A DNA stretch of 64,000 nt from Dehalococcoidia bacterium (GCA_965249115.1 CBDFLI010000001.1:417996-481995); one strand, 5' to 3'; positions 11,001 to 21,488 are shown, counted from the stretch's first letter. Notes: generated from the letters alone by a model not told the origin. Numbers and translations are program-made.

Positions 11001-11405
11001 CTAAACCCTCTCCTCGTAGAGGTCCTCACGTCTGAGGCTCAGACCTTCCGGCCACACCGCGGTGGGGTGGACGGGCCACGCCTCGTCGAGAGAAAGCCTG
11101 GGTATGGGCTTGGGGTGCGTTCGCCGGAACAGCAGCATCTCGCCATCCATATCGACCTTCGCCGTCTCCCAGCCGGCGACGCTCCAGGCAAGGGCGTGGC
11201 TGTGGCCATTGCCGCCTCTCTGATTTCCCCACCAGGGCCGGTGCAGCCGTGCGGACGGAGGCAGCTCGAATCCGATGACTGCCTCGACCTCGTTGAAGGA
11301 GGTCCTCCACTCCTGCACGTGAAGACTGCTCAGGTACGTGTACAGTCTCTGGTACTTGCCTCGGATCACCATTTCTCGGTACTTGTCCTTCTGGTCTACG
11401 GCCAT
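11001..11405 (-). CDS. Putative antitoxin (DUF7662-like domain plus C-terminal LRREDLYE motif)
   Basis: GKYQRLYTYL...SFNEVEAVIGFELPPSA...WWGN...AWSVAGW; lies directly upstream of the PIN gene. Confidence 0.65.
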   Translation of the reverse strand: MAVDQKDKYREMVIRGKYQRLYTYLSSLHVQEWRTSFNEVEAVIGFELPPSARLHRPWWGNQRGGNGHSHALAWSVAGWETAKVDMDGEMLLFRRTHPKPIPRLSLDEAWPVHPTAVWPEGLSLRREDLYEERV

Positions 11406-11914
11406 GTCGTGCCTCCTTCGTCTCAGCTTGCCCTAGCCGGAGGGTAGATGTCCAGATACATTGTAGTGAGTTAGTGACTCCAGCGCAAGCGCCTGGAGAA
11501 CGGCAACGGACCGGGTAGGGCTCACGCGCACAGGCCCCCCTCAGAAGGCGCGAGATCCCAGGAGTCGCTGGCGGTGTCATACCCGTGTACAGGAGATCGC
11601 ACGGGACACCAAGTCGCAGTTCGGGCGATTCCGTAGCTGAAATCGGGGTGAATGGGGCATCCTGCTAAATCGGAGCGAGCAATTTGATTCCGGTACTCGT
11701 TCCACCCCTACTGGACAGTCGCAGCTACGAAAGTGGACAAAATGGCAGTGGCGTTCGCGGGTGTGATTGGAACATGGGCTTTGGATTGCGCGATGGGGCA
11801 TCGGCAGCTACGGATTGGGGACAATGGAACATCGACGCGTAAGAGACGCGGATGGCGTTGGAAGAACCGGAGGTCCGGGCTGGCAGGAACGTCGAAGGGC
11901 TGGCGACGGCGTCC

Positions 11915-12358
11915 CTATCTCAGCACAAACCACCACACGAGAACGCTGCCGACCAGCAGCACGAACAGCACGATGGCGATCACGCGGATCATGTTGAGCA
12001 GATCCTTCGTCTCCTTGTGCGCGGCGGTCTCCTTACGGTACGCCTCCTCAAGCTCCTTATGCACCTGTCTGCTGGCTAACGCCGCTTCCCTGGCCACGTC
12101 TCGCTTTCGCTCCAACTCTGTGACTGTCCTATCCAACTCCCATACCGCCCGCTGAAGCTTGTCCTCCCGACCAAGGGATCGACGCAGCAGTTCGTCGTCG
12201 CCCACGTACTCTAGCCCGTGCATACGCACATAGACCCGGCGCCCCTCCCTGACCACCTCGACCTCTCCACTCCTGACCCTCCGGTCGAGGGTGGACAGGG
12301 ATATCTCCATCTCTCGCGCCGCCTCCGCTTTCGTCACCCAGCGGACGTGCTCATCCAT
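11915..12358 (-). CDS. Excisionase-like HTH + coiled coil + C-terminal TM protein
   Basis: VTKAEAAREMEISLSTLDRRVRSG HTH; heptad region; IAIVLFVLLVGSVLVWW. Confidence 0.6.
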   Translation of the reverse strand: MDEHVRWVTKAEAAREMEISLSTLDRRVRSGEVEVVREGRRVYVRMHGLEYVGDDELLRRSLGREDKLQRAVWELDRTVTELERKRDVAREAALASRQVHKELEEAYRKETAAHKETKDLLNMIRVIAIVLFVLLVGSVLVWWFVLR

Positions 12359-12380
12359 CTCGCTTTTCCTCGCTACGTGG

Positions 12381-12833
12381 CTAGCGCCTCCGCCTCCAGT
12401 TGAACAGACGCAGAACCCGGCCCTCGGACTCGGGCGCATTCGCCGCCTGGTCTCCAACGTCGTCTTCGGGTTGCCGAGCCGCCTCCAGGGCCTCCACGCG
12501 CCGGGTCAGACGCTCCACGAGCCTAGCCAGATCGTCCACGGCTTCAATCGCCAGCCTCATCCTCGCCTCCAACCGGTCCAGTGGCGTCGTTCTCTCCCAT
12601 CCGGGGTCGTCCAGGTTGGCCATGAGTCGCTGTACGGCCAGGGTCATCCTGCCCGTCAGTCGCTCCCGGCGCAGGGCCAGCGCCACTGTCTTCCGGTTCA
12701 CTCCCAGAAGGGCCGCCGTCCGGCGCTGTCCCTCCCGCTCAACGAGCCACTCCACAACCCACTTGAGGTCGGGCTTACTGTCGTCGGCCCGCGATGCTGG
12801 CCCGCCGTTGCTCTTTGGCTTCCCAGGAGTCAT
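12381..12833 (-). CDS. HTH + coiled-coil hypothetical protein
   Basis: GQRRTAALLGVNRKTVALAL HTH; LEARMR...LARLVERLTRRVEALE. Confidence 0.55.
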   Translation of the reverse strand: MTPGKPKSNGGPASRADDSKPDLKWVVEWLVEREGQRRTAALLGVNRKTVALALRRERLTGRMTLAVQRLMANLDDPGWERTTPLDRLEARMRLAIEAVDDLARLVERLTRRVEALEAARQPEDDVGDQAANAPESEGRVLRLFNWRRRR

Positions 12834-13386
12834 TTCCGTTTTCTACAGGGGTGGCCGCTTTTGCAATTTTATCCATTTTTCGGTGGAACCAGCCCTTTAC
12901 AGGTACTGCTAACAGATTTCGGTCAATACACTCCGACTGTCGCAAAAAGCGTTAGCTGACTGGCCCAGGATGTCCGCTCCTACCCATGCCCCAAAATCAT
13001 GTCACGCACCCCGACATCGTTTCGCGCCAAAATCGATGGGCTAAACTGGGCCGCAATCGTCGCCAACACGCCAAATCCTGTCCGCATCAACCCTCCGGCT
13101 CCCCCGGACAGGCCCATCTGTAGCTGTTTGCTCGCTACATGCTGACACGTCAACGGTTGCAAGAGTGCAAACAAGTCGTCGTAGGAGAGGCATCGTAGTT
13201 TAGCACAGCTTCCCAATCATTTGCATTTTCCAGCGCTGATCGGTCAACGGGTCTTTCGGCCCGTTACATAGCTAAAACAGAGGCAGATAGGGCGGTTTCC
13301 GGTGTCGGCAGACCTCGAAAATCGCGCTGGCGCCCGCAACTTGCGGCCCCCATGCAATCAAACGGGGAGATAAGGACGCATCAGCA

Positions 13387-15093
13387 CTATCTATTCTCCC
13401 CTACAGGACGCATCCGATGGTAAAGGGAGTCCCAGCTGTAGGCGCGCAGCTCGGACAACCCCAGTCGTGGCGACTCCAGCTCCCAAAGCGGATGCCAGGA
13501 CGGTCCCAGTATCCCTGTGTTGGACAGCACGGGCATGCACGACACGAGGATCGGCAACGACATCAGACTCATCCGGGCCACCGTGCGCACGTAGGTGGCC
13601 TCAACGTCCTCACTGTCCACGACGAACAGGGTCGTGGGGAACGGGGGCTGGTCTTCGCCCGGCTCGGGGGACCAGTAGTAGCGCGTGTAGGGTTCCAGGC
13701 GCGCAATGACTCCCCTGGGGTGACGGGCGCGAAGCTCGTACTCAACGTAGAACGGTATCTGGAGGCCCCCTGCGGTCATCTTTCCCACGGCGTCTGGGGC
13801 GATGGCCGCATCTCCCCAGTTGAAGGCCCGGTCTGACCGGGCAGTCGAGACCGACCACAGGAGTCGGCTTCCTGGCATGGCTCTGGCCTCTGCCTCAAGC
13901 TTCGAGAGGAACCATGTCACGCCGTCGGCGTGCTTCGTCTGCCGCGCCCAGGTGTCGATCCTGTGGCCCACATGCCGCCTGCGACCCTGCCGGCCGGTCG
14001 TGAGGGCGGTGCTCCATATGCCCCTCGTCGTCGGGAGCTGGGCGCGGTCCCTGTGGGTGACGTAGCGAATGCCCTCGGCGGACAGCGTGTAGCGCGTGTC
14101 TCCGGGTGTTCCTCGTCGCTCGATCAGGCCCCAGGTATCCACGAGGTTGTGCATCATCTGGCTGGCGCGCCCCTCGGAGACGCCGAGCCAGCGGGCCAGG
14201 TGCTCACGTGGGATCATCGGGTGGTCAGCGATAAGGTTGAGCGTCTGCTTCTCCGATGGACTGATGCCGAAGGCAGGCGCAGCCCGCACCATCCGCTCAG
14301 GATGGGGTATCGAGGCGCGTTTGCGACTTGGCGACTCTGTGAAGAGTCTTCCGCTGGGGCCGCCCTGTGAACTCACGAAATTGAGGGTGTAGTACGAGCC
14401 GCTGAACAGGCCTGAGGTCTGCTGCCAGACGTGGAGGTCCCGTCTTTCCAGTGCGTCCCGAGACTCCACACCGACGTAGGAGTCTTCAAGATTCAGTTCC
14501 ATGCAGAACCTCGTCGTCAGCCTCTGCTCCCAGACGCTGGGGGTCAGGACCAGGATCGTGTCGGGGCGGCGCGTGTAGTCGTACTCCGCTATGGCCCTAA
14601 GCCGGTCGTAGAGGGAACGGCGGCGCAGGGCCAGACCCTGGCGGACCACGCCGAAGCCTCGGCCGTCGTGGACGGTGATTGTTGCGTCGAAGCGACCCCT
14701 GCGGTGGAACTCCACGTGCGACCGGAGCCCGTCGATGCCGGGGGAGAGTGATGAGGCGAGACGGTAGACGGCGGCCACAGCGTCCATCAGGCGGATGAGA
14801 AGCGCCAGCCACTCCCTGGACACCGGGTAGGCGCGCACGAAGTCCGAGGGCGTCGCAAAGCCGAGAGTCTCGGCGGCTTCGCTGATGCCTTGGGCTGTCA
14901 GGTAGTATCTCTGGCTCGACGGCAGTTGGACGGTGCCGTGGCTGACCCGCCCAGCGGTGCAGTTCGTCAGCAGGCTGGCCAAGGCTCGGTGAACCGTGGC
15001 GTGAGGCTCGCCCAGGATGCCTGCCAGCTCCGCCGAATCAATGAACGGCATCCGGCTGAGGGAGTGCAGGATCTGTCGTCCGGAGAGGGCCAT
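13387..15093 (-). CDS. Replication-relaxation (Replic_Relax)-like protein with tandem wHTH+PD-(D/E)xK halves
   Basis: Two halves, each beginning with a wHTH (LAGILG...RYYLTAQG; LARWLG...RYTLSAEG); the second half has PDA...YVEYE...RL..Y; GGAGG RBS before 15093. Confidence 0.6.
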   Translation of the reverse strand: MALSGRQILHSLSRMPFIDSAELAGILGEPHATVHRALASLLTNCTAGRVSHGTVQLPSSQRYYLTAQGISEAAETLGFATPSDFVRAYPVSREWLALLIRLMDAVAAVYRLASSLSPGIDGLRSHVEFHRRGRFDATITVHDGRGFGVVRQGLALRRRSLYDRLRAIAEYDYTRRPDTILVLTPSVWEQRLTTRFCMELNLEDSYVGVESRDALERRDLHVWQQTSGLFSGSYYTLNFVSSQGGPSGRLFTESPSRKRASIPHPERMVRAAPAFGISPSEKQTLNLIADHPMIPREHLARWLGVSEGRASQMMHNLVDTWGLIERRGTPGDTRYTLSAEGIRYVTHRDRAQLPTTRGIWSTALTTGRQGRRRHVGHRIDTWARQTKHADGVTWFLSKLEAEARAMPGSRLLWSVSTARSDRAFNWGDAAIAPDAVGKMTAGGLQIPFYVEYELRARHPRGVIARLEPYTRYYWSPEPGEDQPPFPTTLFVVDSEDVEATYVRTVARMSLMSLPILVSCMPVLSNTGILGPSWHPLWELESPRLGLSELRAYSWDSLYHRMRPVGENR

Positions 15094-15545
15094 GTCGCTA
15101 CCTCCCACGCGCTCGGCTCGGAGTTAGCCCAGAGGCACGTAGGGAGGCCCCGATAGGGCCAGTCAGATTACGGCCCCTCGGAAGAGGCTTTGTCTGGTTT
15201 CGCGTTCCGTGTTTCGGCGTGTTCATCCTGTTTCCCGGCGGCAATGGCCCAATAGTCCATTGTGAAGGCCGGGAACGTTGAAGGTAATGCCCTGCAAGCC
15301 ATTGTTTTGGGAACGGTTTTGTGGTAAAGGCCTGCGGCGGAAGGGGAATGTTGAGTTCACTGATACCAGGGACAAGCTGAGCAACCTCGTCGAGGGGCTG
15401 ATCAGGGAACACGAGCTGACCATGCCTCCCGACACGGTCCGCTGGGACAGCCGCAGCCGGCGCACGCAGACCCTTAGACGGACCGGCCCGTCGAGTAAAA
15501 AACAACGTCCCTATGCTGTGTCTGGGAGGGGCTATAATAGGGTTG

Positions 15546-16457
15546 ATGAACCAACTCAGTCAGAGCCTGATGAGCGTCGCCATTGGTGCGCTTACATCAA
15601 TCCTGGTGCTGGCGCCACTGGTGGGGATTCAACTAGCATCCCAAGTCGCAGTCCAGGTGGTGCTGAGCATGTTGGCGGGAGCCGTTGTCATAGGGGCGAT
15701 GTCGGTGGCCCGGGGCGCCCCTTTCCTGCCTTCTAAGGAACGACGTCTCTTCGTCTTACCCAATCGGTTACAGCCCATGGTTCCGTTTCAGCTCATGTTT
15801 ATGGGAGTGCCGCTGCTCATCGTGAGCCTCTTTGCAGACTCCCCTGCCTCCCTGGTCAGCGCAGCTCTACTCGGCGCATTACTGGTGACTATACCTTGGC
15901 CCTCGCGGAACAAGTCCTGGCAGAGAGGGTCCTGGCAGGGCGTCTCGTCTTCTCACCGCCGATCCTCTCTAGTTGGACCGAACATCCAAGGGGCTCCCAC
16001 GCAGGCGCCTCAGGGGCGATTCGAGAAGTTCTCAGAAGGGGCGCGTAGCGTTCTGTCCCACGCGCAGGAGGAAGCCCAGCGGTTCAACCACAACTACATC
16101 GGGACCGAGTACATCCTGCTTGGACTAGTACGGGAACCTGAAGGCGTAGCAGCCAAAGTCCTGACCAACCTTGGCGTGGAACTCTCCAAGGTGCGGTCGG
16201 CGGTGGAGTTCATCATTGGAAGTGGCGAGCGCCCTGGCCCCGGCGACATAGGGCTGACGCCCCGAGCCAAGAAGGTGATCGAGCTGGCAGTGGATGAGGC
16301 ACGGCGCCTGAGTCACCAATACGTTGGCACCGAGCACCTGCTCATCGGCATCATGCGGGAGGGCGAGGGTGTGGCGGCTAGGGTCCTGGAGAGCATGGGT
16401 GTTAACTTGGAGCGCGTCCGCGCCGATGTCGCTCGGCTCTCTCAGAACAGCGAGTAG
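15546..16457 (+). CDS. Membrane protein fused to a ClpC-type N-terminal (Clp repeat) domain, with no AAA+ module
   Basis: About 4 hydrophobic helices, then FEKFSEGARSVL..AQEEA..FNHNYIGTE..LLGL and TPRAKKVIELA..EA...VGTEHLLIG; stop follows directly. Confidence 0.8.
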   Translation: MNQLSQSLMSVAIGALTSILVLAPLVGIQLASQVAVQVVLSMLAGAVVIGAMSVARGAPFLPSKERRLFVLPNRLQPMVPFQLMFMGVPLLIVSLFADSPASLVSAALLGALLVTIPWPSRNKSWQRGSWQGVSSSHRRSSLVGPNIQGAPTQAPQGRFEKFSEGARSVLSHAQEEAQRFNHNYIGTEYILLGLVREPEGVAAKVLTNLGVELSKVRSAVEFIIGSGERPGPGDIGLTPRAKKVIELAVDEARRLSHQYVGTEHLLIGIMREGEGVAARVLESMGVNLERVRADVARLSQNSE

Positions 16458-16579
16458 TCCCGATAGGAACTACGGACAATCCCAGCTTGCCATTCTCACA
16501 AGGAAGACATCCGGTTAGGGAGCATGTCCTTATATGAATCGAACCGGCACATCTCATGTGACTAATACTGTCGTGCCCC

Positions 16580-17946
16580 AGTAGAGTCCCAGGAAGTGGT
16601 GTAACAAGAGTAGAGGGTCTGGATGAAGAGAGACCACCACGTCATCCTTAGCGGGCAAAGACGAGCCTGAGAAAGGAGGACAACGGTGGTCAAGGAAAGG
16701 ATGGACCTGCTTGAGCTAATGCGCAAGAGGGGAGTCGACGGTGACGTGGACTTTCTACGAGAGGCACTGAGAGTGCTGGTCGAGGAGATCATGGAGGCTG
16801 ATGTGTCATCGAGGACCGGTGCTGGGTATGGAGAACGCAACCCTGAGCGGGTGACCCAGCGCAACGGGTACCGGTCTCGAGCATGGGACACTCGCGTAGG
16901 GACCATGGAGTTGCAGATACCCAATCTCAGAGAGGGAAGCTACTTTCCGAGCCTGCTGGAGCCACGGCGTCGCAGCGAGCGAGCTCTGCTGGCGGTGATC
17001 CAGCAGGCGTATGTGGAGGGTGTATCGACGAGGCGAGTGGATGATCTGGTCAAGGCTCTTGGGTGCGAGGGTATCTCAAAGAGCCAAGTGTCGCGTATCT
17101 GCCAGGAGCTGGACGGGGTGGTGGAGGACTTCCTGGGTCGGCCGCTGGACGGCGGATCATATCCCTACCTGTGGCTGGACGCACTAACCCAGAAGGTCAG
17201 AGAGGCCGGTAGGATAGTCAACGTCAGCGTGGTGGTGGCGACGGCGGTCAATAGCGAGGGCAAGCGTGAGATCGTTGGGATGGACGTGGGTACCAGTGAA
17301 GACGGCGCCTTCTGGCTGGCCTTCCTGCGCTCACTGGTCGCCAGGGGCCTCGGCGGGGTGGAACTGGTGGTATCGGACGCTCATCAGGGACTCAGGGATG
17401 CTATCGCCACTGTCTTCGGTGGGGCCAGTTGGCAGCGGTGCCGCACCCACTTCATGACCAACCTGCTCACTCGGGTCCCCAGGCGCGCTCAGCTGTGGGT
17501 GGCCACCATGGTACGCACCATCTACCAGCAGCCGTCCCCTCGGAGGTCCACGCACAGCTCGAGCGGGTGATCGCCCAGCTACAGGATCCGTTCCCTCAGG
17601 TCGCCTCTCGACTGGGCGAGGCTGGACCCGACGTCCTGGCCTTCTCCAGCTTCCCCGTCGCCCACTGGAAGAAGATCTGGTCCAACAACCCCCTGGAGCG
17701 TCTCAACAAGGAGATACGGCGCCGCACCGATGTGGTGGGCATCTTCCCTAACCGCCCAGCTGTCCGTCGCCTGGTCGGCGCCGTCCTAGCTGAGCAGCAC
17801 GACGAGTGGGCCGTCGGCCGTCGATACATGACACAGGAGGTAACCACCTTCAACGAAGCTCTACCCAGAGCCGAACTCGCAGAGGCAGCGGCCTAGACGA
17901 TATCAACAGGATGACGTACTCTTACACCACTCTATGGGACGTGACC
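16580..17946 (+). mobile_element. IS256-family insertion sequence
   Basis: IRs GTCCCAGGAAGTGGTGTAA / TTACACCACTCTATGGGAC flank the transposase. Confidence 0.85.
16686..17896 (+). pseudogene. IS256 transposase, frameshifted near 17540
   Basis: RNGYR, GVSTRRV, WLDA, SDAHQGL, WQRCRTHF in one frame; [16 protein letters not shown] in the next. Confidence 0.88.
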
Positions 17947-18244
17947 GCTTCCCACTCGCCCACTGGAAGAAGATCTGGTCCAACAACCCCCTGGAGCGTC
18001 TCAACAAGGAGATACGGCGCCGCACCGATGTGGTGGGCATCTTCCCTAACCGCCCAGCTGTCCGTCGCCTGGTCGGCGCCGTCCTAGCTGAGCAGCACGA
18101 CGAGTGGGCCGTCGGCCGTCGATACATGACACAGGAGGTAACCACCTCCAACGAAGCTCTACCCAGAGCCGAACTCGCAGAGGCAGCGGCCTAGACGATA
18201 TCAACAGGATGACGTACTCTTACACCACTCTATGGGACGTGACC
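17947..18244 (+). repeat. 298-bp tandem duplication of the IS256 3' end including IRR
   Basis: Near-identical to 17649-17946. Confidence 0.9.
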
Positions 18245-18398
18245 GAACCCATGGAGGGCTTTCCGTGGGACTTGGTTGCCGGGGTGACATTCCTGGCACC
18301 GATGTACGTGGCACTGTTCCTCTACGGGTACCGGTCCAAACCGATATGGGACGTGACCATTGTTGACAACAAGTGCAAATCAGTAGTACTTTCGTGAC

Positions 18399-19586
18399 AT
18401 GGCACAGCATGCGTTACCCTGGATTCCAGAACTAATAGATTCCTCCAACCGCTTAGGTGCTCCGAGACGGTGGAAGAGGCGATTTATCTGGGTCGCAGTG
18501 GTAATGGCGGTCGCTGGCGTGCTGTCCGGCACCGCCGCATATTTCACGTCCGGGGATCACCGGTTCGTCGCATTGATGGAAGACATCGGCGTGTTCGAGA
18601 CTGGCGACCTCCTATGGCGATTCGAAACTAGGCATCAGGTGACATCCTCCCCTGCGGTTGCGGATGGCGTCGTGTATGCGGCGTCTTTCGACGGTCACCT
18701 CTACGCGGTGGATAGGGACGCAGGCGACCTTCTATGGCGATATAGAATCATTGCATCAGAGTATGCACATCCAACGACCTCTCCTACAGTCGTAGGCGGC
18801 GTTGTATATATCGGAGTAAATGGAGGCCCCGTGTATGCGTTCTCTGCGGACACCGGCAGCTTACTATGGCGGTCACAGCCCGAGGGCGGATTCCGGTCCC
18901 AGCCAGCTGTCGTGAACGGCGTGGTCTACGTAGGGTCAGATGACCACCACGTATATGCGTTGTCTGGGGACACTGGAGACGTCCTCTGGAGATACCAGAC
19001 CGGCTCCGATGTGGTGTCCTCGCCAGCGGTTGTCAACGGCGTCGTCTACATCGGGTCGGTTGACAATCATCTGTATGCGTTGTCTGCCGACACCGGTGAG
19101 TTCCTGTGGAGGTACCAGACCAACGGCGCTGTGGCGTCTTCGCCAGCGGTGGACAACGGTGTCGTTTACGTGGGGTCTTGGGACCATCACGTCTATGCCC
19201 TGGATTCAGCCACTGGCGACCTCCGGTGGCGATACAAGACCGACAGCTGGACACGCTCCTCTCCGACCGTGGCCAACGGCATCGTCTACATCGGCTCTGG
19301 TGACGGCAACCTGTATGCTCTGATTGCAGACACCGGGTGGTTCCTGTGGCGATATGAGACCGGCAACTATGTCTTCGCCTCACCGACAGTTGCCAACGGC
19401 GTTGTCTACTTCGGATCGGCTGACAATCATCTATATGCGTTGAACGCTACCACAGGCAAGCGCATTTGGCGGTACGAGACGGGTAGCTGGGTGCGCTCCT
19501 CCCCAGCTGTGGTGGACGGGGTTGTGTACGTGGGTTCATGGGACCGTAGCCTCTATGCGCTGGATGCAGTCACTGCTCCCCAGTAA
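18399..19586 (+). CDS. Membrane-anchored PQQ-like 8-bladed beta-propeller protein
   Basis: N-terminal TM helix; eight ~40-aa repeats LWRY.T...V.SSPAV..GVVY.GS.D..LYAL. Confidence 0.88.
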   Translation: MAQHALPWIPELIDSSNRLGAPRRWKRRFIWVAVVMAVAGVLSGTAAYFTSGDHRFVALMEDIGVFETGDLLWRFETRHQVTSSPAVADGVVYAASFDGHLYAVDRDAGDLLWRYRIIASEYAHPTTSPTVVGGVVYIGVNGGPVYAFSADTGSLLWRSQPEGGFRSQPAVVNGVVYVGSDDHHVYALSGDTGDVLWRYQTGSDVVSSPAVVNGVVYIGSVDNHLYALSADTGEFLWRYQTNGAVASSPAVDNGVVYVGSWDHHVYALDSATGDLRWRYKTDSWTRSSPTVANGIVYIGSGDGNLYALIADTGWFLWRYETGNYVFASPTVANGVVYFGSADNHLYALNATTGKRIWRYETGSWVRSSPAVVDGVVYVGSWDRSLYALDAVTAPQ

Positions 19587-19663
19587 CCACCTCGAAACCG
19601 GCTTCATAGCCTGGCTTGCTGAAACGAGACCGGTCACCAACTGGCTTGTGACGTCTGATTACC

Positions 19664-20446
19664 ATGATGACTAAACCCTTACTGATCACTCGGCTCCCGG
19701 AGATCGCCTGGTACGCATATCTTCTGCTGCTGGCGATGTTCCTCTTTGGCTCCGCCCTGTCGATACCCAGTGAGAGACCGACGGTCTTCGATGGGCTGGA
19801 CGTACCGATGGCCGCCACAGCGCTGGTCGGCGTCTTCGGGTTCGTCTCCCGGCGGCGCATATTCAGTGCGCTCTTTTGACGGGTATTCATGCCGACACTC
19901 TTCGCTTGGGACATCGCGTACAACCTCGTCTTGGCGGGACATCTGGAGCTTGCCATGCAGTCGGTGGAACTCATGGAGGGCTTTCCGTGGGACTTGGTTG
20001 CTGGAGTGACACTCCTGGCACCGATGTACGTGGCACTGTTGCTATACGGATACGGGTCCAACGCGATCTGGTCAGGACAGGCAGAGCGGCGGCGATTCAC
20101 CCTCCCGTTCTTGAAGACTAATGCGGACCGGTGGTTCGCGGTTGTGATCGGCGTGTCGAGTGTGCCGTTAGTCATTATCCTGGAGGCCTTTGCCCTCTGG
20201 AGCTTCCCCAACCTGCTGTTTGCTCCGATAGTGGGATTGGTGTTCGTGACGCTGGACATGCTGCTATTGGCGCTGACAGCCTGGCTTCGGCCTCAGGACT
20301 TCAACATGCGAAGATGTCAGGTCTGTGATCTCGCTGTGTGGTCCCTCTTCCGGTGGACTAGGACCAGGCAACAATTCCTGTGGGGAGGATGGACCTGCCG
20401 TGGGTGCGGGAGCGAACTCGACCGGCATAGGAATCTGAGGACGTAG
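19664..20446 (+). pseudogene. Multi-pass membrane protein with C-terminal Zn-ribbon, interrupted by an in-frame TGA (19877-19879)
   Basis: ORFs 19664-19879 and 19889-20446 are in the same frame (SALF*RVFMPT); CQVC...CRGC at the C-terminus. Confidence 0.6.
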
Positions 20447-20633
20447 CATCGCCAAAGATACGTAGGTGCCCGCCCGTCTCACGCATTGGCGGATCGAGAG
20501 GGCCAGCGTCCTACGGCTCGCGCGCAAACTGTCCCTTCGTGGTAGCAGGACCCGATGGGCTCGGTCAACTCGTGGAACGAAGGTAATCCAAGGAAACCGC
20601 GTGGCTGTACGTCCAGAGGAGGGTCGTGGCAAC

Positions 20634-20666
20634 AGTTGTGATACAATGAATACACCCATCACAACT
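20634..20666 (+). promoter_or_regulatory. Putative TA operator/promoter
   Basis: Perfect 9-bp inverted repeat AGTTGTGAT...ATCACAACT overlapping a TACAAT -10-like box upstream of the antitoxin RBS. Confidence 0.55.
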
Positions 20667-20681
20667 ACGGAGGATAGTGAC

Positions 20682-20909
20682 ATGGCGACCTCGATTCGAC
20701 TGTCGCCCGACACCGAGCGGCGGCTTGCCCTGCTGGCGTCACAGACCGGACGCACCAAGGCCTTCTACCTGCGCGAGATCATTGACCGCGGGCTCGAAGA
20801 CATCGAGGACTACTACCTGGCCGCAGACGTTCTCGAACGCGTCCGCAAAGGCCAGGAAGGGATACATGCCGCCGCTGACGTGAGGGCAGAGCTTGGCTTG
20901 GAGGATTGA
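20682..20909 (+). CDS. relB: RelB/CopG-type (RHH) antitoxin
   Basis: MATSIRLSPDTERRL..LA..TGRTKAFYLRE..LEDIEDYYLA; GGAGG RBS. Confidence 0.85.
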   Translation: MATSIRLSPDTERRLALLASQTGRTKAFYLREIIDRGLEDIEDYYLAADVLERVRKGQEGIHAAADVRAELGLED

Positions 20910-21159
20910 GTACACCGACACGGCCAGAACCCAGCTTCGGAAGCTCGACAGAGATGCGGCTCGGCGCATCATCAATTACATGGACGAGCGGGTTGCGGTA
21001 TTGGACGACCCCCGGAGCGTCGGCCAAGCGCTCACAGGCCCACTGGGTGGGTTGTGGCGTTATCGAGTAGGGGATTGTCGCGTTATATGCGACATTCAGG
21101 ACGATGCTTTGCGTGTCCTGGTGCTCAGAGTGGGGAGACGTGATCGGGTGTACCGCTGA
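20893..21159 (+). CDS. relE: RelE/StbE-family toxin
   Basis: WRIEYT..A..QLRKLD...DPRSVG.ALTG.L.GLWRYRVGD.RVICDI. Confidence 0.88.
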   Translation: MAWRIEYTDTARTQLRKLDRDAARRIINYMDERVAVLDDPRSVGQALTGPLGGLWRYRVGDCRVICDIQDDALRVLVLRVGRRDRVYR

Positions 21160-21488
21160 GGGGTGACCTCCCACCTACCTACGTGCAATGGTCCTGGGTT
21201 CATTTCCCTCCAAGGACTCTTCACGCAGAGTCCCGCCACCCACAGCCTGGGAATGTTCCACTCGCTGTAGCCAGGAGGTCAGAAGTGCGCTGACCTCACG
21301 TCCCCGCACCTCTCAACTCTATTCGTGGCTTGGCTTTGTGGTCCCCTCGGTCTATGGCCTCTCATCATGTATTTGCCCGATGGTCAGTCTCCTTGACCAG
21401 ATAGCGGCAGACTTTGGGTTTGACTGTCCGAAGGCGCTCCTCCGAGGCGTGTACTCAGGGCAACAAAAAAGGGCTTCATATATGGCTC

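Noticed and set aside
17933-18358. CRISPR-like array of three 14-bp repeats
   Set aside because: The repeats are IS256 ends, the spacers are unequal (284 and 100 bp), and there are no cas genes
19877-19879. TGA recoding (Trp or selenocysteine)
   Set aside because: TGA terminates many conserved genes in the window and the site is not Cys-like
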